Below, one piece after another: positions 9,387 to 19,106 of a DNA stretch of 64,000 bases. This DNA is from Bdellovibrionales bacterium. GTDB lineage: Bacteria > Bdellovibrionota > Bdellovibrionia > Bdellovibrionales > UBA1609. The stretch spans positions 544,001 to 608,000 of the forward strand of contig CBDHDF010000010.1 of assembly GCA_965261545.1 (NCBI GenBank), written 5' to 3'. The first letter of the stretch is position 1, and the number at the start of each line of letters is the position of its first letter. The notes beneath the pieces are model-generated. The model ran no database searches, had not been told where the DNA came from, and worked only from the letters and a program-made list of their open reading frames with translations. The position numbers were made by a program, and so were the translations under genes.

Positions 9387-10592
9387 CTATGTCTCCTTAA
9401 TGAAGTGAAACACCTCTTCGAGTTGCTGGCGAGTCTGTGTACTTTTTAAGCAGATTCTTAAGCGTTCATTGCCCTTGGCCACTGTGGGGTAGCGAATGGG
9501 CTTAATATTAAAATTTTTTCTTTGAAGACCCTCTGCCACCCTTGTTACTTGTCGGCTGCCAGGAACCAAAACAGAAACGATATGACTCCTTTGGGTTCCT
9601 CTCCCATCACTGTGGGCATAACTGTGGTTTTTACCTAGGTGGGTCCAAAGCCAATCCATATGCTCCCATAGCTTCTGGCGAAGTTGGGGTTCAGATTCCC
9701 ACACCGTCCAAGCTGCCATCCACTGCTCCATCACCAGAGGAGAGGGGGCTGTTGTGTATATAAAACTCCTGGAAGTATTGATAAGCCACTTTTTAACTTC
9801 CTCCGAACAAAGGACAAAGGCCCCCTGACTTCCAAAAGCCTTCCCCATAGTGTGAACGGAGATGATATTTCTTTTGCTCTCTAAATCATCCACAAAACCC
9901 AAGCCCTTTTGTCCATAAATCCCCGTGGCATGGGCCTCGTCAATGAACAACCAAGCTTCATGTTTTTGAGCGAGGGCGTAAAGATCTTGGAGGGGAGCAA
10001 AGTCACCCTCCATGCTGAAGAGACTTTCACTGATGATAACCTTAAAGGGGGGGGGCTCCAGGGGAGCCTTTTCTATGAAGGGAGCTTTTTCCATAGGTGA
10101 CTGGGGAGAAGGATGACCTTCAATTTGAGACATTTTTTCTTCTAGGTCCCTAAGGTCGCAATGTTTATAAATGGACTTTGAGGCCCCCGAAAGTCGAATG
10201 CCATCGATGAGGCTTGCATGGTTGAGTTCGTCAGAAAATATATGGACATTTGAAAATATATGGGTATTTGAAAATAAAGAAGTTATGACACCAACATTGG
10301 CTAGGTAACCACTTCCATACACCAAGGCGGATGGACGCTGAAATTTGTGGGCTAGAAATTTTTCCACCTTTTCATGCTGCAGATGGTGACCACAGAGGAG
10401 TCGTGATCCCCCTGAACCCATGGGTACCCCCCTTTGCAAAGCTTCTATAAGAGTTTCGCGAATATGCGGATGATGAGATAACCCCAAAATATCGTTGGAC
10501 GAAAAATCTACACCCGTGGATAGAGATAGTTGGCGGCAAAGACCCTTTTCTTCTAGTTGAGTGAGCTTTCTACGGAGGGTGTTTTCAAGCAT
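9387..10592 (-). CDS. bioF: 8-amino-7-oxononanoate synthase
   Basis: FSSNDILGL, GSGGSRL, SGYLAN, DELNHASLIDG, DEAHATG, TMGKAFG, IRYPTV. Confidence 0.96.
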   Translation of the reverse strand: MLENTLRRKLTQLEEKGLCRQLSLSTGVDFSSNDILGLSHHPHIRETLIEALQRGVPMGSGGSRLLCGHHLQHEKVEKFLAHKFQRPSALVYGSGYLANVGVITSLFSNTHIFSNVHIFSDELNHASLIDGIRLSGASKSIYKHCDLRDLEEKMSQIEGHPSPQSPMEKAPFIEKAPLEPPPFKVIISESLFSMEGDFAPLQDLYALAQKHEAWLFIDEAHATGIYGQKGLGFVDDLESKRNIISVHTMGKAFGSQGAFVLCSEEVKKWLINTSRSFIYTTAPSPLVMEQWMAAWTVWESEPQLRQKLWEHMDWLWTHLGKNHSYAHSDGRGTQRSHIVSVLVPGSRQVTRVAEGLQRKNFNIKPIRYPTVAKGNERLRICLKSTQTRQQLEEVFHFIKET

Positions 10593-11620
10593 TCCATGGG
10601 CTCCATGGGTTTTAGGCTTAAGTCTTCAAAAAGCTTTTGATCTTTTGAAACTTCAGGATTGGGGGAAGTCAAAAGTCTTTCCCCTAGGAAAATAGAATTG
10701 GCCCCTGCATAAAAACAGAGAAGCTGCTCAGCAGATGTCATGTTAATTCGCCCCGCACTGAGGCGAATCATGGAATTTGGCATATGCACCCTTGCCGTTG
10801 CAATGACCCGCACCACATCCAAAGTTTCCACAGGTTTTTGTTTGGCCAAAGGTGTGCCCTCGATGGCCACAAGAGTATTGATGGTGACACTTTCTGGTTG
10901 AGGGTTCATTTTTACCAGTTGGTGTAAGAAGTGAATGCGATCTTTATGGGCTTCTCCCAGCCCAAGAATCCCACCCGTGCAAACAGTGATCCCTGCTTCA
11001 CGCACATGGCTTAATGTTTTCAGACGATCTTGAAACTGACGGGTCGAAATGACCTTCTCATAAAAATCTTCAGAGCAATCTATATTGTGGTTGTAGGCGT
11101 AAAGCCCGGCATCTTTAAGTTGTTGGGCTTGATGCTTTTTCAGCATACCTAAGGTGCAGCAAACTTCCATATCCATGGAACTTATACGTCGTACCATCTC
11201 TAAAACACGATTGAATTGAGGGCCGTCACGGACCTCTCTCCAAGCGGCTCCCATGCAAAACCGTGTCGCCCCTTCAGCTTTGGCCCTTTGGGCTTCAAAG
11301 ATAACTTCATTCACTTCCATGAGGTCTTCTTTTTGAACCCCCGTTTTGTAATGGGCCGACTGGGGGCAATAGGCGCAATCTTCAGGACAGCCCCCTGTTT
11401 TAATAGAAAGCAAACGACTTGTTTGAATGGTCATGGGGTCGAAGCAAGACCTATGAATTCTATGAGCCTTTTCGATAAGCTCCACCATGGGAAGTCCATA
11501 GGTTTTTTGGATAGATTGAATAGATTGTATAGAAAAAGCAGACTGTATGTCGCCACTGGAAGAATCAGATTGAAGTTGAGTTTCAAGCTCCATAGAAGCG
11601 ATAGGTTCCTCCAATATCAC
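10553..11620 (-). CDS. bioB: Biotin synthase (radical SAM)
   Basis: CPEDCAYC, RFCMGAAWR, YNHN, RLSAGR, GANSIF. Confidence 0.97.
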   Translation of the reverse strand: MILEEPIASMELETQLQSDSSSGDIQSAFSIQSIQSIQKTYGLPMVELIEKAHRIHRSCFDPMTIQTSRLLSIKTGGCPEDCAYCPQSAHYKTGVQKEDLMEVNEVIFEAQRAKAEGATRFCMGAAWREVRDGPQFNRVLEMVRRISSMDMEVCCTLGMLKKHQAQQLKDAGLYAYNHNIDCSEDFYEKVISTRQFQDRLKTLSHVREAGITVCTGGILGLGEAHKDRIHFLHQLVKMNPQPESVTINTLVAIEGTPLAKQKPVETLDVVRVIATARVHMPNSMIRLSAGRINMTSAEQLLCFYAGANSIFLGERLLTSPNPEVSKDQKLFEDLSLKPMEPMECLKTPSVESSLN

Positions 11621-11714
11621 TGAAAAAGCAAGGCTTGTTGCCTACTGTTAAGTTTGATGACAGGCGTCGGTTTTATATTCATTATTCTCTCAAGGAAGTT
11701 TTTAGAAGGTCTTT

Positions 11715-11760
11715 TATTTCAACAACTTACCAATCGCCTTCCCAGGCACTCTATTTGCTC
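11715..11760 (+). promoter_or_regulatory. Putative sigma54 (-24/-12) promoter with upstream IHF-like site
   Basis: AGGCAC-N5-TTGCT (GG 11745-46, GC 11757-58) and TTTCAA-N4-TTA at 11717-11729; same architecture at 40081-40126. Confidence 0.6.
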
Positions 11761-11903
11761 CATAAAACATCAAGTTGTCGAAGCAAAGGTTAGGGGAAAC
11801 CTTTGCAACTTGAATTTGTTGCAAAACGAACAATGAGCTGAATAGACTCTCATGTGGGAAGTCCCCGTTTCCATGATGGGTTACAAATCCTTAGGAGGCA
11901 AAA

Positions 11904-12785
11904 TTGAAACAAATATCTTCATTATTTATACTCTGGTTCTCATCCCTGTTTTTAATGGGGTGCTTTGGACAAAACAGCGAATTCGATAACAAGTCTGTTG
12001 AGATTGTTGAAAGTCAGAGCCTCCCATCCAATACGGATACAAATACAGAGAGTACTCGCAACACGGATACAAATACAGGAAGTAATGACAATAAAGAAAC
12101 CAGTAAAAATAATGAAAATAGCGAAAAGAGCGAAAATATTATTTGTAATCCTTTTGCGGAATCGAAGAAGTGTTCCCCTACCCAGTCGTCGTCCCAGACA
12201 AATGGTCTTATTGGGTACATATACTATTTAAAGTCTCTTCATGGCTCTTACTGGGGGCTTTATCATTCATCTCTCGACGATTATTTCGACTACGGTATCA
12301 AGGTTCCAAACCTTGTTCAAATGAGCCAAATCAATATTCCTGCGAGAGCTTTTCTGAAAGGTTTTAAAGTCGCCGATGGAAGTATTATTAAAGATAGGAA
12401 TGGCAATAAATTGTATGAATGGTTCTCATTGCGTCTTTCAGGTTTTATCATGCCCAATCGTAGCTCAAAAGAAAGGAGCTATGAATTTTCTATGCTGTCT
12501 GATGATGGAATGAGAGTTGTTATTGATGGACAAGTTATTCTAGAAGATGATGGATTGCACGAACCTCGATGGAGCTGTACCTCTCAATCTTATGTATTTA
12601 AGCCTTTAGCGAAAAAAAATATTGAGATTCATTACTTTCAAGGCCCTCGGACACACATTGCTATGACACTCATGTATCGCGTGGCAGGCACAGGTCAAGG
12701 GTGCCCTTCTAGAGATGTCGTCGAGCCATCCCATGGGAATTGGCAAGTCGTACCTTCAGATTTTTTTTATCCGAAGAAGCCCTAA
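11904..12785 (+). CDS. PA14-domain lipoprotein
   Basis: Lipobox LMGC, low-complexity linker, EWFSL, SDDG, DDGLH, YFQGP motifs of PA14. Confidence 0.85.
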   Translation: MKQISSLFILWFSSLFLMGCFGQNSEFDNKSVEIVESQSLPSNTDTNTESTRNTDTNTGSNDNKETSKNNENSEKSENIICNPFAESKKCSPTQSSSQTNGLIGYIYYLKSLHGSYWGLYHSSLDDYFDYGIKVPNLVQMSQINIPARAFLKGFKVADGSIIKDRNGNKLYEWFSLRLSGFIMPNRSSKERSYEFSMLSDDGMRVVIDGQVILEDDGLHEPRWSCTSQSYVFKPLAKKNIEIHYFQGPRTHIAMTLMYRVAGTGQGCPSRDVVEPSHGNWQVVPSDFFYPKKP

Positions 12786-12801
12786 AGTCAATCTTGGTCG
12801 C

Positions 12802-13533
12802 TCATTTTGCACACATCACCCAAGAACCTCCCACAACGGCGGCGGGCAATAAAAGAAGGGTTAGGCCAGGCACCAACAAAGAAAGGCTCAACATGGTCGC
12901 CATACCTGAAAACTCAGGGAGGTGATTTCTAAAATATTTAAATCTCTGGGCAAGGCCCATCTGTTGAGCTTCAAATGAATAATCCATAGAGTCAAAGGCC
13001 ATAATAAGGGTCAAACCAAAAACTGCCAACACATTGACAAGAGGAATAAAAGAAAAAACAAACAAAATGATACCAATAAGGGCAAAGACAAAAGAACGCA
13101 CCATAGAGACCATGAACATACGAAGACTGTTGGTCAACCAAGCACTCCCATAAGAAGAAGAACTTTTCAAAAGTCCATAGTGGACCAAAGTCTTTTCAGC
13201 CATGATGGCATTAAAGGGGGCGGCAATCACTGTGGATAACAAAAAAGTCGCATACAAGAGCAAGCCCACAAATACCACCCAAAAGAAGAAGCCGAGCAGA
13301 GGTGAAAGAAGAGCATAGGCCCAACCACTGGAGTCACTAAAAATACGCTCTAGAGCCTGAGTTTTCCATGCAGACACCTTCTCTCGACCTACAGAAAAAC
13401 CAAAGATCAGAATAAGCCCATCAATAACAAAGGGAATTACGGCCCAAACCAAGAGACCTGGAATACCAAAGATCGCCTTGATTCCCTGAAAAACAAACGC
13501 CATTCCCCTGCTATAACGATAGAGTAAAGTCAT
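12802..13533 (-). CDS. EI24/CysZ-like membrane protein
   Basis: Multiple TM helices, IAAPFN..MAEK, IPLVN, DYSFE. Confidence 0.8.
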   Translation of the reverse strand: MTLLYRYSRGMAFVFQGIKAIFGIPGLLVWAVIPFVIDGLILIFGFSVGREKVSAWKTQALERIFSDSSGWAYALLSPLLGFFFWVVFVGLLLYATFLLSTVIAAPFNAIMAEKTLVHYGLLKSSSSYGSAWLTNSLRMFMVSMVRSFVFALIGIILFVFSFIPLVNVLAVFGLTLIMAFDSMDYSFEAQQMGLAQRFKYFRNHLPEFSGMATMLSLSLLVPGLTLLLLPAAVVGGSWVMCAK

Positions 13534-13571
13534 ACACGCCTTTTATATAGAATTATAGTCATACATATTTT

Positions 13572-14771
13572 TTATTTTGTCTTTGTGCTTTGTTTAGTCT
13601 GCTTTAAGTAGGCCACAAACTTTCTCTCATGTTGCCCTAGAATGGTAAACAAGTTGGTAACCCAAGGGCTCTTCCCAATCTCCCAAATTCTCCCTTTCTT
13701 AAGGTTTTGAAGGCAACTTAGAACCCTTTGCACCATTTTTGTCTGAACAATTAAATGCTTGCGAATCTGTTGTTGAGAAAGATTTTCTGATGGCTTTTTA
13801 TTGGCCTCTTCCCACAAGCCATCATAAACTTCAATGAGATGGTGCAAAGCCCTGTTGGACCATATTTTACTGTCAAACTCCACAGCCCTTAGAAGATAGA
13901 GTTGCTGGTGATCTAAGGCACCCACAGACCTTTTGCTTGGTCGCCTTCCTTGAAAAAATAAAGCCCTTTGATTGACCTTTCCCATGAGAAACAAAGTTTT
14001 TGCAAAGAGTTCCTTTTGTTTATAGGGGTCGGTCTTTTTGTTTCTCAAGGAGCGAAGTCCCTCTTCAGCCTTACTAAAGAAATGACGAGCCATCTTTTTA
14101 TTACCAAGCCTTAGGTAAGCCGCTCCAAGGCGCGCTGGAATCTCAGCCTTTCCGACTTCTTTGGGAAAGAACTCCACCTTCTGAAGGGCACCCATAAGGC
14201 TGGTCACCACTCTCTCATCTTTTCTTAAACACTCATAGGCATAGCTCAATCTCAAAAGAGACTGAACTTCAATCTTAGATAATTCCTTCCGGCGAGAGAC
14301 TTGAACTGCTTTTTTAAAGTAGCGAGCGGCTGTCTTACATTTTGCCAAACCCTCATAAGCACTTCCCACATTGTAGAGAGCCAGCAGTTCGAGTTGAGAG
14401 TCAGGGTGCTTTGCAAGAAGAGAGCGAAAGGCTTTCACAGCCTTTTTGTACTCTTCCTTATCCATATGCTTTAAGCCCTTCTGAAACTTCTGTAAGGCCG
14501 CCTCACCGGGTAAGAAAGCTTGATGATTCACCTTTCCTCCATGGGGAGAACCATTTTCTTTTCCTATATTTTTTCCAAGATTTGTTCCTATATATTTGCC
14601 CATGTAAGAGCAACCCAAGCAAAAATAAGTGACTGCAATAAGCCCCACCAAACCCATCCAAATCTTGACTATGGAAAAGAATCTCATTTTTCTGAACAGG
14701 ACTTTTATTTTTCTACATAGGACTTTCTTTTTTCTAAACAAAATTTTCATTTCTTTGAACAGGACTTTCAT
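13572..14771 (-). CDS. TPR-repeat lipoprotein (BamD/CpoB-like N-terminal region); real start probably downstream of the repeat-derived N-terminus
   Basis: Lipobox CLGC, TPR-like ALYNVGSAY / SLLRLSYAY helices. Confidence 0.65.
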   Translation of the reverse strand: MKVLFKEMKILFRKKKVLCRKIKVLFRKMRFFSIVKIWMGLVGLIAVTYFCLGCSYMGKYIGTNLGKNIGKENGSPHGGKVNHQAFLPGEAALQKFQKGLKHMDKEEYKKAVKAFRSLLAKHPDSQLELLALYNVGSAYEGLAKCKTAARYFKKAVQVSRRKELSKIEVQSLLRLSYAYECLRKDERVVTSLMGALQKVEFFPKEVGKAEIPARLGAAYLRLGNKKMARHFFSKAEEGLRSLRNKKTDPYKQKELFAKTLFLMGKVNQRALFFQGRRPSKRSVGALDHQQLYLLRAVEFDSKIWSNRALHHLIEVYDGLWEEANKKPSENLSQQQIRKHLIVQTKMVQRVLSCLQNLKKGRIWEIGKSPWVTNLFTILGQHERKFVAYLKQTKQSTKTK

Positions 14772-14813
14772 TTCTTCTCCCCTCTTTTTGATGTGAGCTA
14801 TTTTCGATATGAG

Positions 14814-15959
14814 CTACCTCTTCCAACTCTTGTAAAGAATTTGTCCAAACTCCTCCAAACTCTTTTGTCCCACCACTCCTCCCCTCAATTCAGGAACCAT
14901 CACAAAATCAGACCCCTCCCCAAGAGAAGTCTGAATTTGCTGGAGGGAAGAAATCTTTTCTCTGTACTCCAAAGAGAGACCACGACATAGGTCTGTCAAC
15001 CGAGGATCCGAAAACTCCATCTCTTTTCCTTCAAATTCTTCAAACCCCTCCCCCTCCATCCACGATGGATAGCAGCGATTCACAATCACCCCGTAAAGCC
15101 CTTGCCCTCTTTTCTTAAGTTCATGGGCCAAATAGCTCACCTCCTTATTTTTACTCTTATTTCCACTGGCGACAAGAAGAACTCTCGTGCTTTCACGACC
15201 AAGAATCTCTTCAAATCGACAACTGCTATGGACAATGGCCTGTTGGAGGTCCTGAGCACTGATAAAAAACTCTCTGAGTTCATCCACAAAATCAGGCCCT
15301 GTCACAAGCTCCATGGCTTTAAGAACTTGAAGAGTTCCCCGGTGAACAACCTTTCTAAAAAGACCCTGCTTCTCCGCCGGCTGGAGAAACCACTTAGAAA
15401 CAGAGTCATCAAAAAGGGCTCGAAGTTTTCCAGGAGCTTCTAAGAAATTCACGGCATGTTGTGTGGGAGGGGTGTCTAAAACAATGAGGTCATATTGACC
15501 CGAGCCATGGAACTCAAGGAGCCTTTCCAGAGAAGAAAACTCCTGGGACCCACTTAAAGTTGTGGAAAGCTGTTGAAATAATTTGTTGTTAAGCAGCCTC
15601 CCCGCCAGGTGGGCATCGGGGATCGAGCGCCTCACAAAGGAGCGAAAGGATTCTTCGGGATTGAGAAGATAGGCAAAAAGAGAACCTTCCCCCATAGTCG
15701 TGCTGGTGCCCACAGAGACCACGCCCGGACCTTGGGCTGCGGAGCTTAACCCCAAACTTGTGGCAAGCCGAAGAGATGGGTCAATGGTCATGACAAGAAC
15801 TCTTCGCCCTTGTTGGGCCGCCCTCATACCTAGGGAAGCTGCAAGGGTTGTCTTTCCCACTCCTCCACTGCCCATAACAAGAATAATTTTTGATTTTTCA
15901 AGAAGTTCATTCACTCTGCATCTACTTTCCATAGGTCTTATGGGACCAACGAAGACCAC
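14814..15959 (-). CDS. ArsA/Get3-family ATPase (single domain)
   Basis: GSGGVGKTT, TIDP..RLA, DLIVLDTPPT, VIVNR. Confidence 0.9.
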   Translation of the reverse strand: MVFVGPIRPMESRCRVNELLEKSKIILVMGSGGVGKTTLAASLGMRAAQQGRRVLVMTIDPSLRLATSLGLSSAAQGPGVVSVGTSTTMGEGSLFAYLLNPEESFRSFVRRSIPDAHLAGRLLNNKLFQQLSTTLSGSQEFSSLERLLEFHGSGQYDLIVLDTPPTQHAVNFLEAPGKLRALFDDSVSKWFLQPAEKQGLFRKVVHRGTLQVLKAMELVTGPDFVDELREFFISAQDLQQAIVHSSCRFEEILGRESTRVLLVASGNKSKNKEVSYLAHELKKRGQGLYGVIVNRCYPSWMEGEGFEEFEGKEMEFSDPRLTDLCRGLSLEYREKISSLQQIQTSLGEGSDFVMVPELRGGVVGQKSLEEFGQILYKSWKR

Positions 15960-16846
15960 CGAATTTTACCCACAAGATCGTCCACTCTCTGTCGACCACT
16001 TTCTCCAAAACCCATGGGAGACACAATCACCTTCAAGCCTTCAGCCTCAAACTTTTTCAAGGCTTCTTTCTTGTAGGAAAGATGGGCCCGAACATCACCT
16101 AAAAATTCTCTTTGCCTCATAGAAAGAGATTCTTTCTCCAAAGAAACCACAGTACTCCCTACAGCGTTCTCCACATTGGGGTAAACACGATTGAGAACCA
16201 CCGTGGGCTCAAGGTTGTGCTCTTTTCGCAACTGCTGACAGGTTTCTAGGGCTTCAACTACAGGCATCTCCTCCACTGTTGAAACCATATAAAGAGAAAA
16301 AATAGCTGGATTGAAGACCACATTTAAAATAGAACGACTCTCACGCCCCGCAGCTCCCTTGGAAACCACATAGCCTATACCCTTGGGAGCCATGAGAAGG
16401 GCCCGGCAATGCCCTGTGGAATAGGCATCAACAACCATCTCATCATAATCCATGGGAGGACCTATGCCCCGTGGCCCACTGGTGATTTTTCCCAAAATAG
16501 CAAGCTCACTTAAAGCGGGTGCGGCTCTTATTAAAGCCCCCATCACCTTGCTCTCAAAAAACAAGTCCACCAACTTGGAAACCTTTAAATAATAGGCCAA
16601 AAATTCTTTTAAACAATCCACCCCCGTCCACCGACTTACATGCAAATTAGGCAAAACCTCACGGGCCTCAAAGCCTATCGGTGCATTTGTAGGTGCATTA
16701 AAAAGTTGGGAGAACTCACTCACCAAACCCAGTTCGACCAAGAGAACTCGCTTTCCTGCCTTGGCCAAGTCCATAGCAAGCACAGCCGCCATGGTCGATT
16801 TACCAACTCCCCCCTTACCTGTAATTAAATGAATTCTCTGGCCCAC
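15938..16846 (-). CDS. ArsA/Get3-family ATPase (single domain)
   Basis: TGKGGVGKST, VVDAYSTGH, EEMPVVE, VVLNR. Confidence 0.88.
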   Translation of the reverse strand: MGQRIHLITGKGGVGKSTMAAVLAMDLAKAGKRVLLVELGLVSEFSQLFNAPTNAPIGFEAREVLPNLHVSRWTGVDCLKEFLAYYLKVSKLVDLFFESKVMGALIRAAPALSELAILGKITSGPRGIGPPMDYDEMVVDAYSTGHCRALLMAPKGIGYVVSKGAAGRESRSILNVVFNPAIFSLYMVSTVEEMPVVEALETCQQLRKEHNLEPTVVLNRVYPNVENAVGSTVVSLEKESLSMRQREFLGDVRAHLSYKKEALKKFEAEGLKVIVSPMGFGESGRQRVDDLVGKIRWSSLVP

Positions 16847-17190
16847 TCTTGATTCCTATTCTACAGATCACAGTCCAAACCCAACCCACCTCATCTTTTC
16901 TCCAAGTTCACTCTGTGTCAACTCTCACCCCGCAATGGTTCAATGAGCAACTTGAGAGTCCGCAGTTTTTTGTCCATAATGCCTAAATTATCTAAATACT
17001 TGTACTTGTCCTTGATCCGTGGAAGTTGATGGGCTATAAACCAGCCACAGTTTGCTTAAAACACTTTCTACTTCTTTGGAAGGACTTCATTTGAGACATC
17101 GTTAATATAAATTTAATATTTAATATTTAATATTTAATATAAAAATATAAATCTAATATAAAAAAAATTTCATGAGTATAAGGAGAATCT

Positions 17191-19068
17191 ATGTCGCATC
17201 GCGCCTTGATCCAAGGTTTCTCATTTATAGCACTGGCCCTTATAATTATTTTTATAGACACACATTCTCCAGCGAGTTCATGGACCCACTCTCTCCAACA
17301 AGCCCGTCGATACCATATCGTTCGAGATGACTCTTCTTTCAACTATACGCAGACAGTTCTTCCCACCACGAAAGGACAGTTTAAACTCATTGGCCCTGAT
17401 AAAGGACGTCTCTCATTAATGACAAAATTGCAAATGATCCGTAGAGCTAAATACACCCTTGATATAGGCTACTATATTTTAAAGAGAGATATCTCTGCTT
17501 ATTCTTTATTGCACGAAGTTTGTAAAGCCATAGAAAGAGGTGTAGATGTCCGCATTCTCATCGACTCCCTAGGGTCCATTCATCATTTCCACGGCGAATT
17601 AAAAGCCCTTTCTTACTGCCCAAGAGGACTTATGCTGGATGAAAGCGGTCGACACAATCGAGAAAATATCCGCTCCAAAGTGCAATCTGTAGTTTTTAAT
17701 TCTCTCTTTCACCCTATTGGTGATCTTCTAGACTTAATCCGAGGACTTGGCCGTGTCATCAAAAACATCGCCCAACAAAAGACAAACAATAGACCCTTTA
17801 AAAATTGGGCAAACCGCCGTATGCATGATAAAATCATTCTCATTGATGGTCGTATTCCTGAGTTTGCCATGGGCCTTATCGGTGGTAGAAATATATCTAT
17901 TAATTATTATAATATTGACAAAGAAGGCCGGGCCCAAAATGAAACCTATCAAGATATAGAGATTCTTTTTAAAAATGCTGAACGAGGAACTGTTGACAAC
18001 CATCAACAGCTTGGTGCCATTGTTTCTGATTACTTCGATATACTGTTTACACATATAGGCAACAAAAAATTAGTTCTAAACATCCCTCTTTTCACTGGGC
18101 GTCATCTTAACATCATGAAATCCAAGCACCATCAACTTCTCAACGCCCCCGGAGGAAGAAAGACTTACAATGAAGCTTATGAATTTCTTGATTCAAACTT
18201 CATTGAAGCTGAAGGTCGATGGCTCCATGAAACCTACAACTTATTTAAAAGGAGACATCTTGCCAGAGCCTTAGATGATGCTTCAGATTCAAAAGATACG
18301 CTGCCTTATGTTGCCGAGCAAGAAAATGCTTCATCCAATTCGATTTATCACTTTATGAGAAATGCTATGCTCACTTCGCAGAAGCGTCTTGTTATTATCT
18401 CTCCTTATTTATTTTTTAACAAACAAATCAATGCCAATATGCCTTTTTTTGATCACGTAAATGAGTATGCCCTCATTCAAGAATGGTTGGGTGGAGACTC
18501 CGAAAGAGTCGTGGAGATTATCACAAATTCTGTACTCACAAGCGATAATTTCTTCGCTCAAGCCATCATCGATCAGGAGGTCTTTCCCCAGCTAATGACA
18601 TTTCAAGAAGAAAACTTCTCCCTCATCCCTGAATTTCGTGAGCTTGCACCCAAGATAATGTCCCAGGACGAATGGAATCAAATTATTGATGAAGGTCGAA
18701 TTCAAATTTGGGAATACGGTCAAATGGATAGTGTTCAACTGGGGGGTGACCTCGCCTATGGAAAACTTCATATAAAAACCTCAGTGATAGACAGTGACAC
18801 TATAATGATTACAACATCTAATCTGGATTTTCGCTCAAGGCATTACAATACGGAATCTGGCCTTGCCATATTTAATCCCCAACTGGTCGCCCAATTTGAG
18901 AAGGACATCGAAGAACTCAAATCTCATTCACTGCTTTGGGGAAGCCCTGAGTGGAAACAAGTGCGAAAAGAAGTCGCCCAGAAAGGCGGGATAAGAAGTC
19001 TTTCAGTAAAGCACCAAAAGGCCATTTATCAGTTACTTTCTGCATCTGGCCTTCGTTGGCTTTTCTGA
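17191..19068 (+). CDS. Secreted phospholipase D family protein (ClsC/YmdC-like)
   Basis: Two HKD motifs (HDKIILID..GGRN; HIKTSVID...SNLDFRS), N-terminal signal/TM. Confidence 0.88.
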   Translation: MSHRALIQGFSFIALALIIIFIDTHSPASSWTHSLQQARRYHIVRDDSSFNYTQTVLPTTKGQFKLIGPDKGRLSLMTKLQMIRRAKYTLDIGYYILKRDISAYSLLHEVCKAIERGVDVRILIDSLGSIHHFHGELKALSYCPRGLMLDESGRHNRENIRSKVQSVVFNSLFHPIGDLLDLIRGLGRVIKNIAQQKTNNRPFKNWANRRMHDKIILIDGRIPEFAMGLIGGRNISINYYNIDKEGRAQNETYQDIEILFKNAERGTVDNHQQLGAIVSDYFDILFTHIGNKKLVLNIPLFTGRHLNIMKSKHHQLLNAPGGRKTYNEAYEFLDSNFIEAEGRWLHETYNLFKRRHLARALDDASDSKDTLPYVAEQENASSNSIYHFMRNAMLTSQKRLVIISPYLFFNKQINANMPFFDHVNEYALIQEWLGGDSERVVEIITNSVLTSDNFFAQAIIDQEVFPQLMTFQEENFSLIPEFRELAPKIMSQDEWNQIIDEGRIQIWEYGQMDSVQLGGDLAYGKLHIKTSVIDSDTIMITTSNLDFRSRHYNTESGLAIFNPQLVAQFEKDIEELKSHSLLWGSPEWKQVRKEVAQKGGIRSLSVKHQKAIYQLLSASGLRWLF

Positions 19069-19106
19069 AAAGCTTCTAGGGGAATTTTGGGGAATCTTGG
19101 AGAATC

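Noticed and set aside
14814..16846. Arsenic-resistance operon
   Set aside because: No arsB/acr3/arsC/arsR/arsD; single-domain Get3-like architecture.
16957..16969. 13-bp identity AGTCCGCAGTTTT with 37105-37117
   Set aside because: Matches of this length are expected by chance in 64 kb and the flanks do not extend.
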